Positions 38,793-52,564 of a DNA stretch of 64,000 nt are shown here, in pieces. The position numbers and the translations under genes were made by a program. The notes beneath the pieces are model-generated. The model was not told the origin of the DNA, ran no database searches, and saw nothing but the letters and a program-made list of their open reading frames with translations. Positions within the stretch are counted from its first letter, which is position 1; each line of letters begins with the position of its first letter. The DNA is from Octopus sinensis (Eukaryota), in assembly GCF_006345805.1 (NCBI RefSeq), contig NC_043003.1, positions 59,458,001-59,522,000 on the forward strand, read 5' to 3'.

Positions 38793-40962
38793 TGGTATGT
38801 GTATGTGTAGAAAAGTGCATATACACCTATACACTTTTTATTTTTGATTATTTCGTTTCAGATGTAATAATAAAACGAAAACAATCGCAACCAAAACTGA
38901 ATTGAAAACTAAAAAGTTCCAAGTAGCATTTAGGGTGGTAGTGAAGTTTAAAAAAAGTGGCTTCGGTACTTAAAGTGTATACTTATTATCACAGTATATT
39001 TCAGTATATACATTTCAGAAGTAATAATAAATATACGCTTATTATTTTTTATTATTTCGTTTCTGCTGCTGCACACTGATGTCCAAATCACTCACTGGTA
39101 GCATTTCACTCATGTCTGGCGGTAAACAGTCGGTAATCAAGAGTTCTGTTTAACTGTCTTCGAACATTATTCGTCTCTTCCCCATTTGTTGCTGGCGAAC
39201 TGTATGGCAATTTAATCGTTTGCATGCAATTAGCATAGTCATGGGGCTGATACACTTTCGCAAACGAATGATGCCTCTCTCTACACTCAATACTTATGAT
39301 GGCACTTCTATCGTTGTTTCGGTTTTGTTCACTGCTCCATTATTTCATATATTACTTTGAAGAACATATAAACAGGCGTTAATCTGCCAGAATGGGAGCC
39401 CAGGATATTGTTGTTGTTAATATTCCTCTCCAATTGCCATCAATAGTTTTTAACATTACCTATGTTGGCCTTAAGTTTAGAAGAGAATATTCCCTCTTCG
39501 ACAAAGTAATCCAAACCTTAAATTCATTACTTTTTTTTTAACAAATCGCATATATATAAACCTGTTTGATGTTGGAAGGATCATAAAGGTGGTGCATGCT
39601 ACTTATTTCTGTTGTAGTAGTGTTTCAGGGGTCTGTCATCTTAATATGTATTATAGCCAAGGTGACAAGCAATATAACATTTGTAGGAATGCTGTTAACT
39701 GCGAAAACCCGTAGTTTCTAGAGGTATCATCGTTCAGAATTTTGTTTACATCGTTTATCTCTTTGGATAACGGTACATTTATTAACTTTATTCCTGCGTT
39801 CAACAAAGTTTGCTTGTTGACGTAATAGTTTTGCAATAAAAACAAAATTGAACTCTGGGAGCAGATAATCTCAGTTATTTTAATCTATTAATACACCAAC
39901 AAGAGGATTTTCCTTTGCCCAATCTAGCAATAAAATAAAATCATGATTGAGTTCATAACTCCAGCAAAAATGTGATTCGTAGTTGTAGCTTTCTCCTCCA
40001 ACTGAAAAGAGTTTGTTAACATTATACGATATTGTTTTCCTTCGGTTTTTCTACTCTGGTCTTGATGTTGCCGTATCCGGCGATGCTGTTTGTAGGAACT
40101 CCGCAAAGTAAATTCAAGTTTGAGTTGAAAATTATTACGATCTTGAATAAAAGGCTCCCTAACTCAATCCATCGAGAGTATTACCAGTTAACAGGGATAA
40201 TATATATGGTTTTAATGTCGAAGATAATATTCATCGTATTTTCGACAAATCGTCTCCCACAGTTTGTCACTTGAATGTATAAATGTAATATATCTTGACT
40301 GTATGAATGCATATATCTATATGTGTTTATGCGTGCGTAAATATATTTGAGTGTGAGCATATGTGTGTATTTGAGTTTTCTCCTTCTTTTGTAGTTATAC
40401 ATGACGTGTGTCTATATTAAAAACAGTATAATTTCTTAAGGATTAAAACTTATACATGTTGCATAAATATGTGTAAATAATACATTTTAAAACGCTTGCA
40501 ATAAGTGATTATTGAAATACTTCTCCATGTACAAGAAAAAGCCTAACAATTACAACAAAAACACTGCAAAGAAAAGGTAGAGATAAAAATTTGAGTATGA
40601 TTATTATTTGTTTGTGACGCTTCTGAATTCCAGAACAATGAAACGAAGGAATGTAAATCGCTTATGGAAAGGAGATTTTTAGCACTTCTGAACTAAATAT
40701 AGTTGTAACTTATTTTTTTAGAATTCTTTATTTTTCTTTAATTTTCGGTGTTTCAATAATACTTTTGAATAGAATCAAATGAATGCTATCATCAAATAAA
40801 TTGTCTTTCTTCATTATATTTTTCTATCATAACTCAATGCTTTTTTTTATTACACTCGATATTGTTTTCAAGTACAAACAAAAATATGCATTTAGTTTAG
40901 AAAAGAGTTGATTAAGTATATTTCATTACACACACACACACACACCACACACACACACACAC

Positions 40963-41018
<56 letters not shown>

Positions 41019-41176
41019 AGAAATCTGAGATATGTTTTGAAGTAATATAAGTGTCATAGAGCACATAAAATGTTCGGCTGATTGTATGTATGAATGTATG
41101 TATATCTTTCTATCTAGATCTACATGTGTACCTATAAGTACATATATTGATATATTTATGTATGTGTTTATGTGTT

Positions 41177-41215
<39 letters not shown>

Positions 41216-41273
41216 TATATATAAATGAAAGAATGCTGACGATAAACATAGGATAATTCATTCACCTACTTAA

Positions 41274-41305
<32 letters not shown>

Positions 41306-41521
41306 AAGCAGAGTTTTAACATGAAACTTAATGGAGATTAGATAAGAAAGTATAGAGGAGAGATCAGAAATACGAAAAGTGAAAAAGGGAAAATATATGT
41401 ACGTCCGTTATGAAAATGCTTGTATGGCGTTAGGATATGCAAGATTGTGCTCTTATTTGTATTAAAACATGGGTATATAAATGGGGGACAGCGAAAATAT
41501 TTGGTATTATATATGTATCTA

Positions 41522-41600
41522 AAGGTGGCGAGCTTGCACAATTGTTAGCACGTGCTGGCGAAGTGCTTAGCGGTATTTCATCTGCCGTTACGTTCTGCAA
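41522..41600 (+). mobile_element. SINE family A head only
   Basis: ggtggcgagcttgcaca..gaagtgcttagcggtatttcatctgccgttacgttctg. Confidence 0.7.
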
Positions 41601-41745
41601 GATTCTTGATGAGAATTCGTGTGTTGAAACAGATATTGTTGTATTTGGGCGGATGGTCTTGTTGCCAGTTTAGCCAATGAAAACACACGCACTGTATTAT
41701 TTGGTGTTCACTTGCTTCAGCTTTATTTCATATTTATTGTATTTC

Positions 41746-41790
41746 GGCCAGAGTTCTTTCATCACACTTCTGGGACTTCATCAGTGGTCC
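41746..41790 (-). ncRNA. Hammerhead ribozyme in the Penelope pseudo-LTR
   Basis: ggacca-CTGATGA-a-gtc(ccagaagtgt)gat-GAAA-g-aa-CTC-tggcc. Confidence 0.65.
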
Positions 41791-42225
41791 GTTGCTTTCT
41801 TTCTTTTTTGTGTCGCTCCTTCCTAACGATCTGCCATTTTGTATTCCTGTCGTAAGTGACTTTATTTGCGCATGCGTCATTCCTTGTGTGTGTCTATGTT
41901 TAGTAAGTGTATGTATGGGAATGTGCCTGCAATATCAGTATCCGCTGTTTATTCACGTTCGTCTAATTTACTTTTATGTATTTTATTCATTTGTTTTTAT
42001 CTACTTACTTTTTTATTACTTTCGTTTTTTTGTATTAATTTAAATTAATTTATTATATTTTATCTGTGTATATAATTATTTAATTTCATATATTTATCTC
42101 TCTATTGTATTTGTTTCATATTATTATTAGTTTATGGGAATCTTATTCTGTCATAGGTTATGGGGTGGTGTGTGTGTGTGTGTTTGTGTGTATGTGTGTG
42201 TGTGTGTGTGTGCTAGTGTTCCATT

Positions 42226-43600
42226 CTAGTTTTCTATTTCCGCTAGGTTTGTTTCTATTATGTGTGTAACTTCCGTAATATGTCTAAGCGCTGCGTCCTT
42301 TCTATGTGTGGACAAGATTTTAACTTCTATGTTGTTGAGTGAGCCCCCGTGTTCCGGCTCGGCGTGCTAGTATAGAACCGATGAGCTCTTCTCTTCCTTA
42401 AGTTCCCTCCAACGCTCATTTACCCGCTCTCCTATGCTCCGTACTGTCTCCCCTACGTACGTCGTTGTCTTGTTTCTATACCATCCATCTGTACATCTTA
42501 TACTATAGACTACATTCCTAGATTTACAGTTTGTTTGTGGGCTAAATTTACATACGGTACAGTTCCTATCGGTACAAGGATTTTTATTAAAAGGGTAGGT
42601 TCTACCTATTAGGGATTTGATAGGGATACCTGGCCTTTCTTCGACCTTAATACTTAGCTTAAGCTTGTCTAAGGTCCTTCTAAGCGGTACACTAGTGGGC
42701 CTCCAGGGGTGGTGTAGACGAAAATGACACTCTGGTATTTGTGGCTATCATACCATGAGTTCCCTATTTTATCCTTAGTCCTTTCAATGGTATTCCATGA
42801 CTTGCTCCTATAGAGTGGGCAAATCCCATTCATATCGTTAATTATGAGAATTTTAAATTTCCTCATGGCTATTTCATATACTCTGATCCTTTCTCTATGG
42901 CGGTATCCCGAGAACTGCATGCGGTGAACAAAGTGTTGTATGTGTCTCTTTAACTCTGTAGGGTCGCACATGCAGGACACATTTCTCATCACTCTGATGA
43001 GGTCTGCCAACAATATATTGAATTTGGCATCGTCCACGATAGCTGAATACCGGTGGGCCAGGTATTTGGAGGCCATAGGTTTAGCATAGTGTGAATGGAG
43101 GATATAGGTTTTATTATTCACTGTTTCCAGCCAGGGTTCTGTATCTAGTACTGGTAGTCTATGGTTAAGGAGTTTCGTAGTGTAGTCTATCTGTGATCTT
43201 AATACTCTGGTGGATTGAGTTAGCTATTTGCTGGATAATCTCCATAGTATTAAATTCTATGTCTATTTAAAGGTTACTCTCGTGTGAGACTGCCGTTACC
43301 ACTATGTTGATATCATCGACATAGCGAGAGTACATGTTCATGTGTATGGAGCTCTATGCCAGGCGTTCCCTAGGCCTCCTGTCCCACCATACCAAGAAAA
43401 GGTTGGCCACATCACCATCGATGCTAATTCTGATGGCCTCCCCCACATCCTGGGAGTATATTTTGTTGTTAAACTTAAATGTGTAACCTTTTAGGGTAAC
43501 TCTTACACTAGGTCCTAGTGCATGTGCGATCATTTTCTTTACTTGATACTGGTGTTCGGTGGTCAGTATGGCTCTGGTCCATCCGCTCAACCTCCCTTCA
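42226..43600 (-). pseudogene. Penelope-like RT + GIY-YIG endonuclease ORF with stops and frameshifts
   Basis: ORFs 43354-43590 and 42669-43121 plus my manual translation of 43200-43350 and 42226-42690. Confidence 0.85.
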
Positions 43601-43765
43601 GGGTTTTCCTAGCCATGAAATACAAAAACAAATGATTCCAATACGCAAACCACAAGAGAAAGAAAGGAAAGACAGGACAAGTAACACAAAGAACGACCCT
43701 TCATTAGTGTCGGCTATCTACTATTCATTTCGAGATATACATACATACATACATATATACATACA

Positions 43766-43796
<31 letters not shown>

Positions 43797-43815
43797 GTAA
43801 ATATATATATATATA

Positions 43816-43866
43816 GGGACAGTTTACGAAAAAAACAAGACGAAGACAGGTGGTGTAGAAAACAAC
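43816..43866 (-). mobile_element. 3' stub of repeat family HA
   Basis: gggacagtttacgaaaaaaacaagacgaagacaggtggt matches 2266-2310 and abuts (TA)n. Confidence 0.7.
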
Positions 43867-44039
43867 GCATATATAGATATATGCGTAAGTGTGTATGTGT
43901 GTGTAAGTTCGTGTGCATGTCTTTGTATATATACGTGTATATATACGAAAATTGAATGACGTATATGAAAGGAAAATTCATCATTTCTCATGGAAGTTAT
44001 GATACCGTCAAAGATATATAATATATTAAATCCACCTAC

Positions 44040-44091
<52 letters not shown>

Positions 44092-44216
44092 TTATACGCA
44101 CATACACTCATCCATACCTAGAGATATATAGATACGCACATACGTATGTACATACATACATACATACATACATACATACATACATACATACATACATGCA
44201 TGCATGCATACATACA

Positions 44217-44282
<66 letters not shown>

Positions 44283-44402
44283 CATCTGTATGTGTATTAA
44301 GATATATATCATATACTTATATATATATATACACTTTATATCAATGACTATAAGCACTCACACATGCAATTTATGTGTATGCATGTATGTACGTATTTAT
44401 GT

Positions 44403-44504
<102 letters not shown>

Positions 44505-44839
44505 CGAATAGCACAACATGCTTAATGCAGAACTGTGCATGCATATATCTACCTGATATCAAGAACCTCCCATACTTCGAAAATGTTAGTTCTATATAAT
44601 TTCAAAAATACAAATGACAAAGGCAAAAAATAGCTGCAAAGAACTACACACAAAGCCCACCTACAGCATTGATAACATTTTTCGACAGATCCGAATAAGT
44701 TTCCATCAAATACATTTCCATTTCATTTCATTCTTCAAACAATATTTGGCATGGAATATATAATGCTGGTATTGTCAGATATAATTTTTCGTTTTCGTTT
44801 AATCTAACCTAATGTTTAGTCATTCTGCCCCTTAGCCAA

Positions 44840-45162
44840 CCACCCACTCCCATAAAAATGGACATACAATAGATGCTAATACGTGTTTTGCAATCATGTA
44901 TATACATATATATATACATATACGATATGCACATGTGTGTATCTATGTGTATGCGTATGTATGTGTGTACATATATACATATATATGTATATAATATATA
45001 TATATATATATTATATTCCCTCCTTTGCTATATATATACACACATAAGTATATATATATATGCATATATACATACATGCGTACATATATATATACATACA
45101 TATCTATATATACATGTATATATATATATATTCATGTATATATTCATATATATAAATGTATG

Positions 45163-45207
<45 letters not shown>

Positions 45208-45248
45208 GTATGTATATATATACACTATACATACACATATCTCTGTAA

Positions 45249-45285
<37 letters not shown>

Positions 45286-45360
45286 ACATATATATATGTA
45301 TATATATTTTTCTTGTATATTCATATAAATATACATATGTGCATATATACATGTACATAA
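44840..45360. repeat. Long imperfect (TA)n/(TACA)n microsatellite field
   Basis: Direct reading; comparable fields at 20030-20300, 38140-38280, 44040-44500, 62370-62840. Confidence 0.95.
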
Positions 45361-45807
45361 CACAAACTTCATGAAGTATGACAGGTCAAATGAGGAACTA
45401 ATATAAAAAATCCAATATTAAAAGCTTTAACCTGCAGCAATCACTTGTTATTTGCGTTGTCTATATTAAAAGCCAAATCTCTTTCTGCAAATCTTCCAAA
45501 TCACAAGTACACGTTTCAAGCGGCCATATTCTTTGGTGCCCCTATTCATATACATTTCAGAATATTACCCAACATGCTCAATAATATAAAACTTAAACTC
45601 TGATATTTGGTACTAATGGTAGAGATATTTGGTTGTATTTATTGACGCCTAGAAGTATGAAATGTGTTTATGTAACTGGTAGTATTCTGATAATGCTCTC
45701 TTTTCATTATGTATATATAAATTTAGCTTGAAATGTGTGTAGTAGATATGTGGTAGTATGGGTGTGTTTTATATATGCATCTATATATATATATATATAT
45801 ATATAGA

Positions 45808-45857
<50 letters not shown>

Positions 45858-45949
45858 GTATCATATTTATGATTTTCTGTGCGTATGTTTCTATGGGAGT
45901 TGCGTATACAGACAGAGACACACACACACATGTATATGTATATATATGA

Positions 45950-46020
<71 letters not shown>

Positions 46021-46241
46021 CATTATTACAATTAGATGCCGAAATGGAAGTGATCTTTATTGCGAATTTCTCGACTCCACGCTTCGGACGATTAAGCCAG
46101 ATGAAATATACAAATGATATTTAATAGATATATTGTGATATTTGATTATCATGCATTCATCTAGAATATATCCTTTATTATAAGGTAAATTTTTAGTATA
46201 GAAGTACTGGCTAAATTTTCCAGGTAGTCAAGGATACTGAA

Positions 46242-46286
<45 letters not shown>

Positions 46287-46317
46287 GCATACATAGATAC
46301 ATACATACATATACATG

Positions 46318-46366
<49 letters not shown>

Positions 46367-46760
46367 TATATATATTATATATATATATATAAATTTAAAA
46401 AGAAGGGTTAGATTGTTAATTTAAATATCGACTTATCAAGCTCGATATTTAAATTAACGGTCGTATCCTTATTTATATATTTTATATTTATTTTGTAATT
46501 GTATTTACTGCGGTGATGTTCTGACCATATCTCAAGAGAAGTTATAGGCGGGCAATTTAAACTGGTCGTGTGCATACGTGCATATATATGTATGTATACG
46601 TTCGTATATGTAAGTATTCGTATGTTATATGCATATATATATATAAGTACATATACATATAAGTATATATATATATATAGGTGTGTGTGTGTGTTTGTGT
46701 GCGCGTGTGTGTGTGTTTGCGTGCGCGCGTGTGTGTGCGTGTGTATGTTTCTATCTGTGT

Positions 46761-46822
46761 ATATTCCACTGATGAGGCAAGGCATTTTTATGCAAAGCCA
46801 GAAATCCGGGATCTGGAACTAT
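46761..46822 (+). ncRNA. Type I hammerhead ribozyme-like motif with one extra A before GAAA
   Basis: TTCCA-CTGATGA-ggc-aag-gca(ttttta)tgc-aaa-gcc-a-GAAA-tccggg-ATC-TGGAA. Confidence 0.7.
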
Positions 46823-47316
46823 CCAGTAATTTTTTGTTTATTGTCTTCTCTCGTGGTGCTGTATGAACATTTAATTTGGTTTTAGAGTCAAGTTGTGGCT
46901 GCTATTTCCAGTGTGAAGGTATCTCTTAGATACTCTAAATTATAATTTTAATAATAATTATATATATATATATATATATATAGTTCTTGAAAGAAAGCCA
47001 GATATTGAGTATGAAATAAAAACCAATCACAGTATGACCACAGCCTCTCATTGAAAAAAATAAAAATGCATGTACGTATGTCCGTATGTTGCTATTATGT
47101 AAAAGTGTTCTAAGTCCAAAACGTTGCTTTTTCAGAAAACAAAAAAGATAGTTTCACCATTCCACAGCTCAGCTGTTTGACAATTTTTGAAATCTTGGTA
47201 ACTGAAGCAGCTGGAGATACGATAGTTTGGTCAAAAGGACCGCCAAGAAAAAATACATATTAGAAAAAGAATGCATTTGGCCAAATTTGGACTACGACAG
47301 ATTAACATAATGGCAA

Positions 47317-47369
<53 letters not shown>

Positions 47370-48130
47370 CATACAAATGTTTGCATGAGTGTATTTGCCT
47401 TTTCGAATTTTTATGTACGCAATTGTGAAGTTAAAGATAATATACATTTAGGAATGTGGAAGAGAGTCAAGATGTGTAATGGAAAAAAGAACCGAAAAGG
47501 AAAAAATAATAAAATAAATAGAAATAAAACAAAAGAGAATGCCAAAAAATTAATTACAAATCTTGGAAAAGATATATGTTTTTTGCAGGAATAAGTTGTT
47601 AAATATATATATAGATTTTAAAAGAAACTAATTTGACTGCGTTTCGCATCAAATTGTTTCATCCACAACACGTACTGCCATACAGTACAAATGTAAATTT
47701 GCTCGATCGAATTGTCATTGTAGGTCATCATATTATTTTATGTGTCTTACAGGTGAAACGAAACGGAAGATGTACTTGAGACCTCGTGCGTATGCCTTTA
47801 ATTATTTGCCTCCTAAAGAATAATCGACTTAAGCAAAGTATCACATCTTCAATCACCAGTTCGCCTTTATTCTCACCTTTACTGGAGAATTATTTGTTTT
47901 TTATTTAATTTTCTGAATTAATCACTTGTAGATTTGTACTTTATTAACTGCTCCGTTTTTAAGGATATTGGGCAGCATCTAGTTCATGATAATAGGAACC
48001 CCTTCTGTTCACACTTTTAGTTTGGCACTGCATGGGTTGAAATTTCCACTGTGATGAGATACGTATATCAATGTTAAGACGCTTCTGTGACTAATAATTC
48101 AAAAATTTAGCTTTCAGAATCAACTCCAAA

Positions 48131-48520
48131 TACCGTAAATCCTCGAGTATAATTCGCATTTCCCCCCCAAAATTTAAAGGTCAAAATCCCTAGTGCGTAT
48201 TATACACGAGGTTAAAAATGAAAATTATTTTCTAAGCAATGTTCAAGATTCTATTTGCTGTCCGGCAATGTTTATTCGGACGCATTTTGTGATGTCGGAT
48301 GTGAAAATATCTTAAGCTAAGCCTGAAAGCAATGAAGTCATAACAGAATCATCCATAACTTACAACAAGCAACATTTATTAAACGTTATTACTGTTATTT
48401 CTTTATTTTCAACAAACAAAATGCACAAAAAAAGCTACACGTTTGCATTATGTTATATGTACAATAATAATAAAGGACGTTACTGTATACATTTTTACAA
48501 ACCAGGGACATTATATTGAC
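48131..48520. mobile_element. Tc2/pogo-like DNA transposon terminus, partial
   Basis: taccgtaaatcctcgagtataattcgca terminal-type motif with a subterminal echo gcgtattatacacgagg; matching right end not seen. Confidence 0.4.
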
Positions 48521-48983
48521 CTCCTTGACTCAAGTCAGCAAATAGTCTTTTCACAGCTTCGAGCTCTACTTCTGTGAACCAACAATTTTTTCCTATTGCG
48601 CTTCCTTCATCACATAATCTCTCTAGCCCGTGAATTGAAACAATCCTCGTTCTTTCCATTGCCGCTATCCCTCAAGACGAACACCATTTTTATCTACGTG
48701 TTTTTATCTACAGCATTGATTTATGTGTTCCATGTACGCCGTGTGTGCTGATCCTTGCTGGATGACGACAGTTTGGAGTCGGACCAATATCTTTGAGCCT
48801 GCTGGGTGTAACATTACCACCATCAAGAGCTTCAGTTTCATTACCACCGTTAGTCACAATATCTTGATTTTTTTCCAATGTCACTCATATGACCGTTTAT
48901 CAGGTTGCACAATTCCCAGTGTTTTTATTGACACCAGATGTAACATCAATCAGAGCAGAAAGAGATTCCAAACACGTCCTTTT
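48520..48983 (-). mobile_element. 5' region of an R4/Dong-like LINE (5' UTR and Myb-like N-terminus remnant)
   Basis: Minus strand remnants WKER..RLCD..CWFTEVELEAVKR; homologous to 22887-23147; begins right after (TAA)n. Confidence 0.6.
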
Positions 48984-48998
48984 ATTATTATTATTATT

Positions 48999-50153
48999 CT
49001 ATGTTTGACTTTTGCTTTATATTTGTACAAGTTGGCTCCAAGTCTCACCCAGAGACCTCAAGTGGCAACAGGTTGGAAGTTTGTATTGTTGTTATTTTGT
49101 ATTGTATTGTATTGTTGTTATTTTGTATTGTTGAAGTTTGTATTGTAAGTTTGTATGGCCTAGTGTGCCATATATTTGGTTTTGTATTTAGTGTTGTACT
49201 AGTGAATGCCTGAAAAAAAAAAACCAAAGCTATGTTTGTTTTTAAAACTTGAGATTACATAGAAAGTATTTTGCGTAGGATATATGAGCAGTTCCCGTGA
49301 GCACTATCTTTTGAATTTCTGCCATTTTGGGGTGTCCCGGTATCTCAGTTAGGTAGCGATCAGCCCCTTTTGCTATCATTCCCAGGGCACCTATGACAAC
49401 AGGTATTGTTTTAGTCTTCAGGTTCCACATTTTGCTGATTTCTATTTCAAGATCTTTATATTTGCCCAGTTTTTGGTAGGTCTTGACAGATACGTTTACA
49501 TCGATTGGGACAGTCATATCAATGAGGAGGCATGTTCTTTGTTTGAAGTCTTTCAATATGATGTCTGGCCTATTTGCATCTATCTTTCTGTAAGTTTGAA
49601 TGGTGAAGTTCCAGAGGAGTGAGTTGTGGTCATTTTCAAGCACTGGAGGTGGTTTGTATTCCCACCAGTTTTTTTCATGGGGCAAATCCAGGTTTTTGCA
49701 GATTACCCAGTGAATATATTGTGCAGCTCTATCATGCCTGTTGAGATACTCTGTAGGCGCTAGAAGATTGCACTTGGAGACAACATGATCAATGGTTTTA
49801 TTTTGTTGTTGACATACAGAACATATTGTGCTACTGCCGCTCTTGTTGGCTTGGTAGTTCCTTCTTGGTAGGCATTGATCTTGAGCTGCTATGATAAACC
49901 CTTCTGTTTCAGATTTTAAGCCAGAGGCCATTAGCCATTGGTGTGTCAGGGCTTTGTCAACATCTGCATTATTCGCTCTCTTTGGGTATTTGCCATAGAG
50001 AGGTTTTTCTTGCCATTTATTATTCAGAATATCTAAGGCCGCAGTTTTAGCACGTGTTTTCATGCGCCTAGCTTTTTCTGTGCTTGTTTCTTGTATGTCT
50101 AATTCTGAAATTTGTTGTAATCGGAATTCACTTAGATATTTCTTTACTTGTTT
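48999..50153 (-). mobile_element. R4/Dong-like LINE family 1, 5'-truncated copy
   Basis: ORF 49242-50063 (CSVCQQQNKTIDHVVSKC, RHD, NRPDII..IDMTVP) highly similar to 24022-24900; (TAA)n on both sides. Confidence 0.92.
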
Positions 50154-50154
50154 T

Positions 50155-50159
50155 ATTTA

Positions 50160-50224
<65 letters not shown>

Positions 50225-50348
50225 GTTATTATTATTATTACTATTACTATTATTATTATTATTATTATTATTACTATTACTATTATTATTATTATTATTA
50301 TTATTATATTATTATTATTATTATTATTATCATTATTATTACTATTAC

Positions 50349-50380
<32 letters not shown>

Positions 50381-50395
50381 GCAACATTATTATTA
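50155..50395. repeat. (TTA)n microsatellite, ~240 bp
   Basis: Direct reading. Confidence 0.95.
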
Positions 50396-50743
50396 TTTCC
50401 ATTTATTTCTGAAAAGATATTATTGAATGTTGTTTTGTTTCAACTTTTGTATTGTACTTAAGATGATCATAAATATGTGAGCGTTTACAGGAATGGTAGT
50501 AGGAAGCGAGACAGCTTGGTGAATAGATTAAATTCCACAGGTGTGTAAATAGATTCGGCAGATGGTGAAGAGATCAGCAATGGGCACTCCTGTGCGATAA
50601 GGAGACACATCGGTCTCACACCTTTGGGGTCAGCAAAGGTCAAATGTGTTTACTACTACTAGTGATTAATGAGAGCGCTGACCTTGAGTTTGAAAAGAAC
50701 CAATTCACCTTGTTCTACTTTTAATTACTGATAGAAAAAATAA

Positions 50744-50800
<57 letters not shown>

Positions 50801-50869
50801 CATAGTGTTGAACTTCTGAATTTCTGAATGTTTTTCTTTCAAATTGAAAGCATTAAAATCATTGAAATG

Positions 50870-51090
50870 AGGAAAGAGTTCGTAAGTATCTTGGAGTATT
50901 GGAATCTGACAGAGTACTAAATACTAGAAATGATAAAGAAAATTTAAAAGGATTACATTGGAAGGTTGAGGAGGCTAATGAAGGAAAAGCTAAATGGTCC
51001 GATTCTAGTGTAGGCTGGAAATGCTTGGGTAGTATGATCGCTTAGATATTCAGCAGCATTTATAGACTGGACAAAAAACTGTGGTGTTCG
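50870..51090 (+). mobile_element. R4-like LINE fragment, highly decayed
   Basis: KYLGVLESD..RLRRLMKEKLNG..SLRYSAAFIDWT. Confidence 0.6.
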
Positions 51091-51224
51091 TACAATAAAA
51101 AGGATGATTACACTTTCGAATACTCAAGGAGAAAGGAAATGATAGGTATTCACAGAAGTTGTAGATATTAAAGTTTTTAAAGCTGATCATTTGTGTGTTC
51201 GAAATCCTTAACTATATATCGCGC

Positions 51225-52545
51225 GTTGCTACGTTCTGAGTCCAAAGTCCACAGAGGTTGAATTTGACTTTTATGTAATCGACTTAATCCCCTCCCTCAA
51301 GCTGCCCTTGTGACAAAAATTTAAAATCATAATTTTTATTAGTATTATTAAACCATTTTCGCCTCTGATATTCCGGGATTGGACGTTGAGTAGCGTACGA
51401 TTCAACAAAATAATAATAGGTTCAAAATATAGCACAAGACCAGAAATTGCAGGGTCGACCCAGAATTGACCCTATTGCTTTAATGCTATATCACTTTATC
51501 GACTTCGAAAGGCTGAAGTTGATAAAATCCCACCATTCTAATCCCACTGTTCTACTCATATCGAGGTCTGTGGGATGAAAACGCAGAAAGTAAATACTCG
51601 TAATTAATGGGTGAATGTATTCGTCTGCTGTTTCTACCTTATCACCGTCGATAGGGAAACACGGTCGATTACATCGACCCCAGGGTACAAATGGCATTTA
51701 ATTCATCGACACAGAAAATATGAAAAGCAAAATCAATGTTGGCGGAATTTGATCTTAAAATGTAAAGAGGGACGAATTACCTCTAAGCATTTTACCCAGC
51801 GCAATAACGATTGTGTCAGTTCACCGCCTTCATAATAGTAACAATCCTTTCTACTTTAGGCCCAAGGCCTGAAATTTGGGGGCAAGGGCTAGTTCGCCGC
51901 CTTGATAATAATGATAATAATAATGAGTTCAGATATCGGCAAAAGGGCAGCAATTTCGGGGGAGCGGGAAGGTCGATTACATCGACTCCAGTATTTAACT
52001 GGTACTTATTTCATCGACAACGAAAGGATGAAAGGCAAAGTCGACCTCGGCGGAATTTGAACTCAGACTGTAAGGACCGACGAAATACCTATTTCTTTAC
52101 TACCCACAAGGGGCTAAACACAGAGAGGACAAACAAGGCCAGATAAACGGATTAAGTCGATTATATAGACGCCATTGCGTAACTGGTAGTTACTTAATCG
52201 ACCCCGAAAGGATGAAAGGCAAAGTCGACCCCGGCGGAATTTGAACTCAGAACGTAGCGGCAGACGAAATACCGCTAAGCATTTTGCCCGGCGTGCAAAC
52301 GATTGTGCCACCATCGCCGCCTTCGTATTAATCCTTTCTATTGTAGGCACGAGGCCTGAAATTTAGGCGAGGGTGATAGTCAATTATACCGACCAGAGTG
52401 CTTCATAGGTACTTAATCTATCGACTCCAGAAGGATGAAAGGCAAAGCGACCTCGGCGGAATTTGAACTCAGAATGTAAGGACGGGCATATTACTGCTAA
52501 GCATTTTGTCCGGCGTGCAAACGATTCTGCCATCTCGCGGTCTTG
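51225..52545 (-). mobile_element. Cluster of about five SINE family A copies, including a dimer at ~51935-52320
   Basis: Repeated gaaaggatgaaaggcaaagtcgacc..cggcggaatttgaactcag and aggcctgaaattt blocks; one short plus-strand piece at ~51225-51330. Confidence 0.8.
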
Positions 52546-52564
52546 ATTATAATAATGATGATGA

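Larger units (their letters stand above)
41610..43620 (-). mobile_element. Penelope-like element, probable Naiad/Chlamys lineage, with 3' pseudo-LTR
   Basis: Minus strand RT FKFNNKIYSQ..GDVANLFLVWWD, YSRYVDDINI, LPVLD, HYAKPMAS, RMQFSGY, PLYR; GIY-YIG C..C.VC..CKSRNVVYSIRC..YVGETVRSIGER; hammerhead and AATAAA downstream. Confidence 0.85.

Noticed and set aside
47753-47823. Possible terminal exon GETKRKMYLRPRAYAFNYLPPKE*
   Set aside because: Unrecognised peptide with no supporting upstream exons
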